Part shown: positions 35,168 through 46,319 of the stretch, in pieces
Layout of the letters: each line of letters begins with the position of its first letter
Numbering within the stretch: position 1 is the first letter of the stretch
Origin: Penicillus capitatus
Lineage: Eukaryota > Plantae > Chlorophyta
Length of the DNA stretch: 64,000 nt
Direction of reading: 5' to 3'
Assembly: GCA_965649825.1 (NCBI GenBank)
Contig: OZ287701.1
Span: 237,101-301,100 of the forward strand
Notes under the pieces: generated by a model
The model's input: only the letters and a program-made list of their open reading frames with translations
Told to the model about the DNA's origin: nothing
Database searches by the model: none
Made by a program: the position numbers and the translations under genes

Positions 35168-37370
35168 ATGGCACGCCTCACGGCGCGTTACGGCACTAAA
35201 GGATACGAGTCCATGAACCGCGCGTTCAGCAGCAATAGGACGGTGTCCATCGCTCCGCGGTCACTATTCAGCAATTCCGCCGAAATGCCGGACATGTCCG
35301 CCGTCGGGTCATTCGAGGAAATCGACGCTAATTCAAACTACACTCGCCACCAATCTACCGTTTCGGAGCATTTGTGGTAATTCCCGCCCGAAAACTGCCG
35401 CAGTAAAGGATTAACGGAATGCCTGACTTAGGAACGCCATCAGAAATGGCGCTAGAATAGGCGACCTCATCAAGAATGCTCCTGAGGATGTCATCTTGTT
35501 TTTGCGAACCCATGCAGTAAAGAAACTTGGTTCATTCAAAATGAAAGTACGATACGGTTTCATGTTCTGAGAGCCTCATGCGATGATTGTGTGCAGGACA
35601 CGGACGTCTTACTGGCATTCGATGATCAGATCATGCTTACATGGGGATTGGACACGGCACGAAACCCAGAGTACCAAAGAAACTGGCACGAAGTCGTCAG
35701 ATTGAGTGTTGAGAAGTCAAGCAAACGTCGTCGGAAGTTCCTGGAAGACAGTGAGTCTTTTTTTACAAGAGCTTTGCTCAAACATCTGCTGAAGATCCGT
35801 GGGAGGAGAGTGTCACCGTCACTGCTTACGTGGTGAACATCGAGGACGCTGCAGCTGGCTTCGAGAACGGACTGCTGTCTCCTCTGGTGAAGAAGTCACA
35901 GATTGGGGTCGCCAGCAACGATATCTTCGATCTTCCTGTCGTCCGTGCTGTCATCGAGTACAAATGGCGCAATTGGGCTCGTCGGTATCTGATCATCGAG
36001 TTCGGACTCTACCTTGGTTGGCTGTTTTCGTTTGTGGTCTTCCTGATAATCTACATTGTGTGTCTGGCTTAATCAATTGGCCATCACGGGATGTGTGATT
36101 TGCAGGAAACGGATCTGAGAGAGGGCTTTGATGAACAATCATCTAAAGACAAGTTCCTGGAGGTTGTTGCGTACATGATGGACGTGTTGTCTATCGTCTT
36201 TATGTTGCCGTTCCTCGTCATTGAATACAACACGATTTGCTCTTATGGCGTGAGATGGTTACAATTGTGGAATGTTATCGACAGCATTGCTTACGTTCTT
36301 CAGGTTCCATCAATCAATCCCCCTTCTACTTTGATAACATCTTGTCTGCAGTTTGCTATATCATACTGTCATTTCATCGCAGAAGACCATATGGAGAAGA
36401 CGTCCTATGATACGCTTTTGGCAGCCCAATGCGTTCTTCTCTTCATCAAAGTACAGTACTTTGGAAGGTATCTCTTACCACATAAACAGCAGTTTCGGAG
36501 AATGCCTGTGCTCGACAGGGTATTCGGAGCAAGGACATCTTTCATGGAATTGTTAGCACGAGTCATCTCTAAAGCCCGCTGGTTCTTCGTGTTTATCATC
36601 TTGACAATGGTCTCGGTCGCTCTTTCCTTCGCCGTCCTGTACAAAGATGATGCGGTATGTCTCTTTTCCCTCTTTTCTATGCGCTTTTATGCAAGTATTT
36701 TTAGGATGATGGCGAGGAAACTGCTGACGATTTCAGCAATGTCATTCGTTCTGTTGTGACTACCTATGCCATTCTGCTTGGAAACTTTGAAACCGATTAC
36801 GTCTTCGATGGCACAAACAGACCTGTGAAGGGTGTCTTCTTTCTCTTCTTCCAAGTTATCATGTCGATCACCGTCCTCAATCTCCTCATTGCCGTCATGA
36901 CAGAATCATATGGAACAGTACAGTCGGCTCTCTTGATGATCACTGTAATGACACTCCGCATGCAGGTCACGACGGAATCCAGGATCATGTACAACATTGG
37001 AAGAGCACAGATCATGGACGAACTCGAGGTGGCGCTTCCCAAGAGATGGGGACCTCGCTTGAAACCCTTTTGTCATTTCCTCATGGTTGAGCCGGCATGT
37101 AAGCAGTAAGTAGAGTCCCTCGAGTTATCAATCACGATAGCAACGTGTCCTGCTCTATAGGGATTCATCTAAAGAACAGGTAAACTCTGTTCCTTCAGTC
37201 TCCGAGGAAGGAGGCTTGCGGGATGAAGTAAAGTCTCTGAAGGAGAAGATTGACGTAAGCTTCACTATAAATGGTACAAGTGTAGATAACCTATCTGTGT
37301 GTAGACTCTCACCTCGAAGTTTGACTCGATGGCCGAAAGGTTGCCCCCTGCAGCCAGCAACGCTTTCTGA
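35168..37370 (+). CDS. TRP-like 6-TM cation channel (TRP-5), apparently intact
   Basis: Starts MARLTARYGTK. Exon-for-exon match to TRP-4. Pore YAILLGNFETDY. TGA at 37368-37370. Confidence 0.9.
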
Positions 37371-38689
37371 AGCATTATCGTGTGGATTCTTGACTACTCC
37401 TGCCGATCGATTCGTCTTTGCAGGCATTGAGAATTTCAAATTGGATAAGGACAACACTATCTCTCGTGGCACTGTTACTTCGAACAGAGAATCTCGGATT
37501 GAAGGTTCTGTATTGGTGTTAAACCTAACGATTTCATGTGCATATATTCATTTGCCATTTCTCGTTGGTTTCAATCGCTTGACTCGAGATTTTTGGAGTC
37601 GAATGCGACTTCATCTCTTACTGCCACTCATGTGTTCGCCTAGCAGGTGATAGTGCATGAAGCAGAAGATGCTCGTAGGATTTGTGATCTTGGGATCGGT
37701 CACAACTACATCATTTCCTATTCTCTTCATTTGCACAACTGCAAAAGCATCGAGCGCTCGATAAAGAGTGTTACGACAACATTGAGAGAATGATACAGAT
37801 TACAGATCACGAGATCTTTTAAAGATGGTCATGAAGCGACAGCGTCTACTAAGTCTTCTCCGTCCTCGATTGGTTTTTGGAGGAGATAGAAAGATGATGC
37901 ATGCAACATGTCGAGTCAGGGTAAGAAGAAATTGAGAGGCACTGAAGAACTGTCAAAGATCCGAGATGAATTCGGTCGCCTACGGTTGAAAGGAAGAACC
38001 ACAGATTCGGTCGTCGTACCCACTATCTGAGAGAACACCGTTGCAGGAATCATGCGGCACATCCGTCGTGAAGATTGATCTGGACTTTGGCAAATTCTGC
38101 ACTATAAAGACGATGGCCCTAAATGGACTGTCTTACAGTTAATGCGGTTGTCGATGCTGTCTGTTTGGTTTACTCTGAATCCGAGTCCAACCATTTAAAG
38201 ATCGCGTCCATCTTGTTCAGTTTCATACCTCTTAGCATCTCTTAGCTTCACGGCCGTTCGTTGGTAGTTCGAGGTTGACTTTATAGTTAGCCCCCAACGA
38301 TGTGCGGAGATCGTTCGAACGCATCGACTATATTGTAAACGATTCTTATAATATCACCGTCTTCTATTGACTCTTCCGTTGTACTCCAAAGAATTCCAAA
38401 GACATGTTGGTGGCAACATTCACTAACAGGGTAATAATTGTAAAAACGCAAAAAGCACAGATGAAGACTTTGGATCTTTGTCTTTAACCTAACTACAAAA
38501 AGGGCGAAAAAGAATCCAAAACGTCGAATATAACTAACATATTCACGCGATATTTATTAGAGGGCACGAATTTTTTATAAGGAGCTTTGCTTCAACGTTA
38601 CGACTACGATCATGAATGCATAAAAATAGCCCCAAAGAAATACTGTAAGCTCATCTACGGATCTTTATCCTTAAAAAAGTTGATCGCAA

Positions 38690-38842
38690 TGTCGTAGGGA
38701 TCAGCTGTTAGCTTCGCTGTCGTACCATCTGGACAGCTGTCGCCTTCTGAGTCACATCAACACCTAGATACTTATACGCGCCCCTATATTGAACTCTGCC
38801 TCGTTTGTAACCATTCGGTGTTTGTGGCTTCCTACCTCGACG
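38690..38842. mobile_element. Solo LTR-like insertion, family 2 (153 bp)
   Basis: Runs TGTCGTAGGG...CTACCTCGACG with 5-bp TSD CGCAA (38685-38689, 38843-38847). About 90% identical to 1290-1444 by eye. Confidence 0.88.
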
Positions 38843-39387
38843 CGCAAACCTTTGCGTTGTTGGTCGGTCGACAAACCGTCACACGTTATTAGCCGAAAAA
38901 GAGATGTTCCAACGTACAAACGCGTGAATCACTGTTAGACGCTGTGAGTATGCGAAACCTGGATCCGAAACCACTTTATCAAAATCGATGATAAATCGCG
39001 CAGAAAACGCTCGAGAAACTTAAACGCTTAAAAAGGGACAGCTCAGATCGATCGAAACAATTATACTTGTTTCCTTCGGTGTGACTCACATGATCTCGAC
39101 AACTAGCTGACGACACACTTCGATCGAGGCACGTATCCATCGCCTCGGTGTGTCGGGACACTCTTCGCAATTCTTTGTTGTTCTTTGTAAGCTCATTACT
39201 CGAGCTCTGAGAACAAGATTGGCGAGATTTAATCGTCCGATGGCGGTATAACCCAAAGCATGACGACGTTTTTAAATCGGAAAGTATGGAAGTCACTCTA
39301 ACCAAGGACAAATACGCTCGCGCTCTAGCAAGGCCACTAAACCTGCAGCGATCGTTTTACGTCCGATGAAGATTGATCTATTGGCTT

Positions 39388-39538
39388 CGTCGAGGTAAGG
39401 CGACAAACACTGATGGATTACAAACGAGGCAGAGTTTCTACAGTGGACGCGTTTAAGTATCCAGTTGTCGATGTGACCCGGAAGGGGAGAGCTGTCCAAG
39501 GAGTACGACAGCAAAGCTAACAGCTGCCCCCTACGACA
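39388..39538. mobile_element. Solo LTR-like insertion, family 2, inverted orientation (151 bp)
   Basis: Runs CGTCGAGGTAAGG...CCCCTACGACA with 5-bp TSD GGCTT (39383-39387, 39539-39543). Confidence 0.85.
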
Positions 39539-40746
39539 GGCTTCGCCATTGCTAATGTGCTATCGAATATTCTGCTACCCGTGAAGCTTGGTTTTCTATT
39601 CTATGAATATTTTTGTACCCCGAGTATTGATCTTTTAAGGGTGCTTCTTTTCTTACCTTCAAGCTTTAATTCCTCCCGTTCACTGTAACTCTGTCTTGAA
39701 TTCTGTCGGAAAGAAGGATAATCTTTGAGACGCCATGACGTGAATCATCTGTCGATATCCCGACTTTGCCTTGTTTTAATGCAATCTTTGACAGTGGTCA
39801 ACAACGATCGTTTCTAGACAACTTTGTCCTTTTAGATGAATGCCTTCCAGACAAACCACTCCTGCCCATCAGCAATCGACAAGCATCGCTATAATGAGCA
39901 AAGAAAACGAACAGTTGCTCAGTACTTTACCGAGATTAAGACGCTACAGCCACTAAAAACAAGAATACAAAGGGCAACATGTTAAAGTTGTCTTTTTGGT
40001 GGAGACTGAATCCATGACTTGACATTATAAAAGAAGGACAAACGAAAACAAAGAAGCAAACATAGACAGATATAAGACAGACTGATAAGTAAGATCTCAT
40101 GAAAAAACAACTCTGTGCGACAATGCACATACTCAAAACTTGCAAAAGCCTCGAGAGATGTCCATTGTTGAAGAGCCTCTCCGACAAGAGGCCACATATG
40201 CCTCTGTGTCCGCATGGTAGTCTCATGAGGCATAGCCTCCATTAACGTCGTCGCTCCTTACTAAACGAAATGTAAGTTCCTTGCAGCCAAGTTCTCCAGC
40301 AGCGTCGATGCTATGGTTGAAGCATGTGTTCTTGCCTTTGTCTATCTTCACCGCAATAACAATTCGATCAAGACACAAGCAACAGAAAGAGATTTCTGAA
40401 CGAGGTGTCGCAGCTAGATCCAGAGAAGCGAAATCAGTAGGATTGCATTGACCTGGACCGCCGAGGCGTGGATTCACGAACTCAAGAGACGGTCCGTTCT
40501 CAGCGGAGCGATATCGAGGGAGACCTCATCTCCTCGCTCGCCTCTGTCGACGATTGCCGCGAATCAAGATAAATAACGCCGATGAATAGCTGCAGCGACA
40601 GCGACACATTCTTTGACGCGACGTTTGCCGTATGCCATAACATCGACGACACCGATCCGTTATTTATCGCAATCGCGAAGCTGCGACTCGCCGCCGGAAC
40701 AACCGAAAACGAAGATGAAAAGGGAGGATTCTTCAGCCAATGTGCA

Positions 40747-42961
40747 TCAAGTGCCAGGCGATTGTGATGAAGAGGCCAAATGGGGCGAATCGAAACCAGC
40801 TGACTTGGCCATCGCTAACAGATCTTCGGCTTCGTGCACATCTTTGATCAGCTTTCCTTGCTTTGGAAGCTTCAAGCCATCCAAATCATCCACTACAGTC
40901 ACATCAAATCCCTCACAGCTCCTCCTGGACGAGCATCTCACCTTCGGCACGGTAGGCACGATTTCTGTAGAGGTATTGGATTTTCAGCGTCTTCTTTTGA
41001 TTGGGCGCCACATCACAGAATCCCATGAGCCCTGCCTTCGATACCCCTGAAAAGAGCTCCAGCTGACTGTCGGACACTAAGTACTGTAACGCATAGGTGA
41101 CGTCGATCACAGAGGGCGGCATTCCGTCAACTTCATCTGTAACAGCAGCACAGAGCTGAAATTCTCGTTTCATCGATGCCAATTGGCACTTTCGGATGCT
41201 ACTGTCGTCGTCTGGGTTCTGGGCATAAGACGCTTCGGGAAAACGCCGAACTCGGCCTTGATGATGAGTAATCCGGATTTGAGCGCTTCCTGTTCCATCA
41301 TCCTCTGTGCCACCACCTTCTGTAGATTCTGTGCAGATGTCGCCATCGTGATCTGCTTCCTGATCTCTTCCGCATGTTTCTTCCTCTCGTGCAGCGCCTT
41401 AACGATGCATCCTCTCACGATAGCGCCTGTGCTGGATATTCGTACCTTTCGAGATTCATAGGCTTCGAGAAGCGGCTTGATCACAAAGTGGCGGACAACG
41501 GTGATCATCAACGGTGTCAGTGTCACGGTCGCCAGTGCCACTTTCCAGTCCTCTGGATCTCGCGAGAAGACAATGGGAACATCGATCGCGTAGGTTCCAA
41601 CATGACAACGCGTTTTCAAGTACGTCCCCTGAAAAGCTCTCCATCAAGCCCACGGACCCAGACGCAGAGATACCAAACCTGGACGCCATATGTCACCGAG
41701 AGGGAGACCTGTGCGTTGTCCGAGAGTTTCTTCACCACGCCGACGTCGGCATCGATTGCACTGAATCCAAATCTCCCGACCATTTTCAACGACAGCGTTG
41801 GACTGATGACTTTTGTCATACGTCCTGTGATCGAGTAGAGAGCGCCGACCTAGAGACAACAACAGACGCCGCATTTCAGTTTTCCAGAGGCTGACCATGG
41901 CGTGTCACCTCTAGAGATTGTTCACCTGGACTTTCGTGGAAAGGACCACATCTTCTGTTCGTTGACTGAGCGACAGTTGCGCCCCAGCTTCTTGAGGAGG
42001 TCCGACCACCAACGAAGCTGTCCCTCGAATCGTATCGGTCAGCGTCTGAGTGGAAGCAAAACTGAGGCCAGGCCCCGACGTCGGAGAATAGCTCGTTGAA
42101 ATGGCCCCTTGCATACTATCATTCAATTGCCGTGTGGTCTGAAATGCAACTTCAGATTTGGAGCCTGTCATAGACATCACACATACAGTAAGTGTGAAAG
42201 CACTGCCTGATGTCGTACCCCATTGCAGCTCTGCTGTATATCCACTCAGGGCATCCAGCATTCCACGGCATCCCAAAAGCAAATTGCCTCCTCCCTCATC
42301 ATCTCGACGCATCACATTGCCTGCGGAGCTTGAATAAGACAACAGTGCTGCATTCATCAAAGACATACCTCCGATCCAACCAACGTGATGTGATAGGAGT
42401 CGCTTTTCTAACGTGCTCTGCACCATAATCGCCTCGATCTCGCCCTTTTGCATGGCGGCTGGAGCGTAGGCATCCAGTAACGATGTGCAGTCAATGATGC
42501 ACTGCAGGTGTGAACTGTGTGTGACATCACTCATTCCTTCATGATCCTACATCGCCTCCGAGTTTCCTTTCCACCGCTTTTCTCTTCATGTCTCACCTTC
42601 TCAGTTTTGAATTTCTCCCATTCGGCGCGGAGCTCCTCCACCGACTTCAGCTTGCTTCCAACATCCAGTCCAGCAACGAGTCCTTGTTTACCGTAGATGT
42701 CGTAAATGCGTCGTTTCTGTGGATGACTTAAGACCTACACGTCGCGTTCTCACCCTTTAGCACCGTCCTCTTGTGCCACACTTCATACGCTTCGCTGATC
42801 TGCGCAAAACCATCGGTCGCTTTGTCGCGCAGAACGGCGGTCGTGTGTTTGTCCGGGTGGAACGTCTGAGCCAGATTTCGATAGGCGCGTCGAATTTCGC
42901 CCTCCGTAGCTTCGCGCGGGACGTTGAGAATGGCATAGTATGAATCCGCGTCGTCGTCCAT
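40747..42961 (-). CDS. DNAJC11: DnaJ subfamily C11-like co-chaperone (J domain plus DUF3395)
   Basis: N-terminal J domain YYAILNV...YRNLAQTFHPDK. C-terminal IDVTYALQYLVSDSQL...GFCDVAPNQKKTLKIQYLYR...DGLKLPK. Multiple introns; the last exon is inferred. Confidence 0.88.
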
Positions 42962-43006
42962 CGTGCCTTGACCGAGAATTGAATTTCGTCAGATGATGAT
43001 GCATGC

Positions 43007-44467
43007 ATGAGTGCGGGAAACGTCGCGATGGACCGAAAAAGCGTCGGACAGATACGCGAGAGCTCAAAGAGGACGAAAGGCGTAAGCATCTCCAAAATTA
43101 AAGGCAAGAGAAAAATTGTGTGGTAAAGGGAGTGCTCGCCAGTGCGATTCAACTACAAGACCTCCGGCCATTCTTCAGTCGCAGCGCAGAAGAGGCATCT
43201 AAGAAGCTTGGAGTGGGTCTGACCGTTCTAAAACGTCGCTGTCGTGAATTGGGTAAGGTGTTTGTGCGTTTGGGGCGACGCTTTTGGACGAAAGACGCAT
43301 CGCGCGCCAGGTGTTACGCGGTGGCCCTATCGCCAAATCAAATGCGTCGAGAAACTCATTGAGTACATTAGCGTTGGTAAGCGGGAGGCGCTAACCGTCA
43401 CGATTCGAGACGTGCGCGGTGTGACATAAGGGAAAGAAGACGACGATAAAGATCTCCAAGAAAAGCTCGCGCAGCTGCGCCGTTACAAGGAATCGATTTT
43501 GAATGGTCGACCGTCTCAATTGCCCCTCTGGGCCAAACGTTCCCAACAACACCTGTCCAAACTCAACTACAGAGTCCGTGTAGTTTGTTCGTTCGTTCAG
43601 CTCGTCCGGCAAGTGAATGACAGGCGAAAGTCAAGAAAAGCTCATTCGATGGAGATTCGGAGGAGCTTGAACTATCAGAAAATAGAAAATCGAAGGGGGC
43701 CTCTCAGAATCGAGCGACGAAGAAGGCAACGTCGGGCAAGAAAATGAAAGCCGAAATTGTGGAAGACGTAACGATACCTGTGCCGATGAACGGTGTTCGA
43801 GAATCGCGTTCGTTCGTAGGGCTACTCATCAGAATCAAACGTTCTAGCCGAAGCTGGGCATAGTGAGACGCCGGGGTTTTCGCCATCGTTCGAAAGCTGC
43901 CCCATGTGTTTAGTGGATGCGTTCGAATCGTGTCTCCCGATGGAGCTTTCGACTGAGGACTATGGCAGTTGGATGTCTCTAGAGCTTCCCATGGCGGAAG
44001 AGCCCTACGAAATGCAGGGGGCCATCGACTGCCATTGTCCCTATCGTGACACCAGATGGGCGTCTAGGTGTTCCGTGGCAGAAGATGAAGTGCTGCCGGA
44101 AAGTTCATTTTTGCAAGGCGTTTACTTGGAAGGCATCCAAGCACAGGATCAGAGATACAATTCGTGGGGAAACAACAATAGTCACATGCATCAGACGTCC
44201 CTTTTCCTTAACCGTAAACGATGCCGACAGCAATATCACGAAACATTCACGCTCTCACACTCCCTACATCCCTCCTTTGCACCCTGTCCCTGTCAGACTG
44301 CTGTCTCGACTGGCCGTGGACCATTATGCAAGTGCCCGGCCGATCGTGATGGAGGCGGCAAAAGACAAGCAGTCATGCCAGTTATCGATGGCTTTCCCTA
44401 TACGTCATCGACGTATGATGACCCCTGGTGTCTGGATATCTCTACGGCGAATCCCGGCCACGCGTGA
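43007..44467 (+). CDS. RWP-RK domain transcription factor (RKD-like)
   Basis: [34 protein letters not shown]|[10 protein letters not shown] across an intron, followed by a low-complexity C-terminus. Start is 43007 or 43028. Confidence 0.88.
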
Positions 44468-44621
44468 TGAAGGCTTTTATTAAGATGTTAACTTTTTGGG
44501 ATATATTGATGGCTTATTTCTCGAACGAGTGAATCCTGTTAGAATCAATGGTGGGCGAGCGAGGGTGATGATGGGTAGCGAACGGTGCGCGCACCGATGC
44601 TTGACACGTCGATCGTCGCGC

Positions 44622-45425
44622 ATGGACACGTCCGAATCCACCACCATCCTTGACACCCTCGCGAGCAGTCAAGGATTCGAAATCCGACGCAGAATCTTCG
44701 AACGCGCCACGGACCTCGAAAATGAAAAGATATCGCTGCCACCTGGCGTCGAGGTCTTGGGTCAGCATCCTGTCAAAGTGCACGCCACTCTACCATCGAG
44801 AACGATTCTCCATTAGCTGTTTTCTCAACAGAAAGCGCAGCACAAGCAACGAAAGAACATAAAATCGAAGGGCAAGATATGCAAAAGAGTGAAAAATAGG
44901 GGAATGAAGAGCCCTGCTCGTACACAAGTGAAGGCAGTGGCTGACAGTCAAGAGATCGACGCCATTTTTGACGAGACGCTTAAGACTGCGAAACCCGATA
45001 AGTTTGTTCGGCGGCAGCAGAAGAAGAGCGCATGCATCAAGCCGCTGCGACCGGCACGATCGACTCCATCTGAGAAGCGACCACATAAAATGCAATCGAA
45101 TGGACGCTCATTAGGCACCGACGAAAGCGACGGGCAGAAATGGCTTCTGGAACGCGCTCGTCCCGCCGTCGCTTCATGGACCGGCACAGGCACAACGATC
45201 ATCTCCACAAAGTTCGTACCTTTCGACGCGAATCGCCAAAATCTCGATCGGCACGTCAACAGGACGAAGCGTCGCGGTGGGAAGCCCGATCCGTACGATG
45301 AGGAATACGATCGTGGACGGTTGAAGAAGATCAAGAAAAAAGAGCAGCGATGTCGTCGCGGAAATCCGTTTCAGGCAGCATTTGAGCAATCGCTTCAATC
45401 GACAAATGCCGCGCATCGATGTTAA
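44622..45425 (+). CDS. Lys/Arg-rich protein ending in a [13 protein letters not shown]...NPFQ motif (probably nucleolar), 2 exons
   Basis: The intron ending at 44816 joins ...LPPGVE to LFSQQKAQ... in frame with the 44889-45425 ORF. The C-terminal motif recalls USP36/UBP23-type tails (from memory). Start could instead be 44565. Confidence 0.6.
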
Positions 45426-45505
45426 TCTGTCGTCGTCCCTATCCACTCTTCGCTAACGCCATCGGCGCATTCGTACGCCGTCGATTGCGTTCTTCCATCG
45501 CTGCG

Positions 45506-46182
45506 ATGAGCACCGCGAAGCCTATCGTGTCTTTCGTAACGGGTAACCAAAAGAAGCTCGAGGAAGTCGTGCAGATCCTGGCGGAAGGCGTCGAATTGCC
45601 CATAACGCTCGATAACGTTGCGCTCGATTTGCCAGAACACCAAGTGCGATGCCTTGATGCGCACGTACGGCGAAAGGCGTTGTAGGGGGAACCAGAAGAG
45701 ATAGGAAAGAAGAAAGCTTTGGCGGCTGTTGAAGCTGTCGGCCATGCAGTGATCGTGGAAGATACCTGTCTCTGTTTCAATGCCTACAAAGGCCTACCTG
45801 GTCCCTACATCAAATGGTTTCTCGATCGATTGGGCGTCGAAAATCTGCCGAAGATGTTGGACGGATTCGATGACAAGACGGCTTACGCCCAATGTACCTT
45901 CGTCTTTGCAGAGAGTGAGACGCGTCACGTCTTTTCGCTGATCCTGATGGTGATGTGACTTGAGGCGTGGATGCGGAGCCTCACGTGTTTGTTGGACGAA
46001 CGGAAGGGGAGATTGTATATCCGAGAGGATCGCGAGATTTTGGCTGGGATCCGGTCTTCCAACCCATCGGCAGGACACAAACGTATGCCGAAATGCCGAA
46101 ATCTGAGAAAAACAAAATCAGTCATCGCTATCGGGCCCTCGACAAGCTTCGAGCGTTTCTTCTAAACCATACCTTTAAGTGA
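45506..46182 (+). CDS. ITPA: Inosine triphosphate pyrophosphatase (HAM1 family), 3 exons
   Basis: [49 protein letters not shown] and [10 protein letters not shown]. Confidence 0.96.
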
Positions 46183-46319
46183 CGCATCATGGAGTGATCG
46201 ATCGGCGATGAGTGACGCAGCGACGCGATGGCAAATCGGACGATCGCGATATTGTCGCGCCTCGATTTTGGCGTCGATGCGAAACGACGTTTACCGCGAG
46301 GCATCGTACGCGGTTTCTG

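Noticed and set aside
38690-39538. MITE or foldback element with 150-bp TIRs
   Set aside because: Each arm has its own separate 5-bp TSD, so these are two independent insertions.
39936-40770. Possible gene between the array and DNAJC11
   Set aside because: Short ORFs on both strands are broken by stops, with no consistent splice model or motif.
44496-44816. Ribosomal protein L9 C-terminal-like segment ([18 protein letters not shown])
   Set aside because: The resembling residues run into a GT-AG intron, and the spliced frame continues into the Lys-rich ORF.
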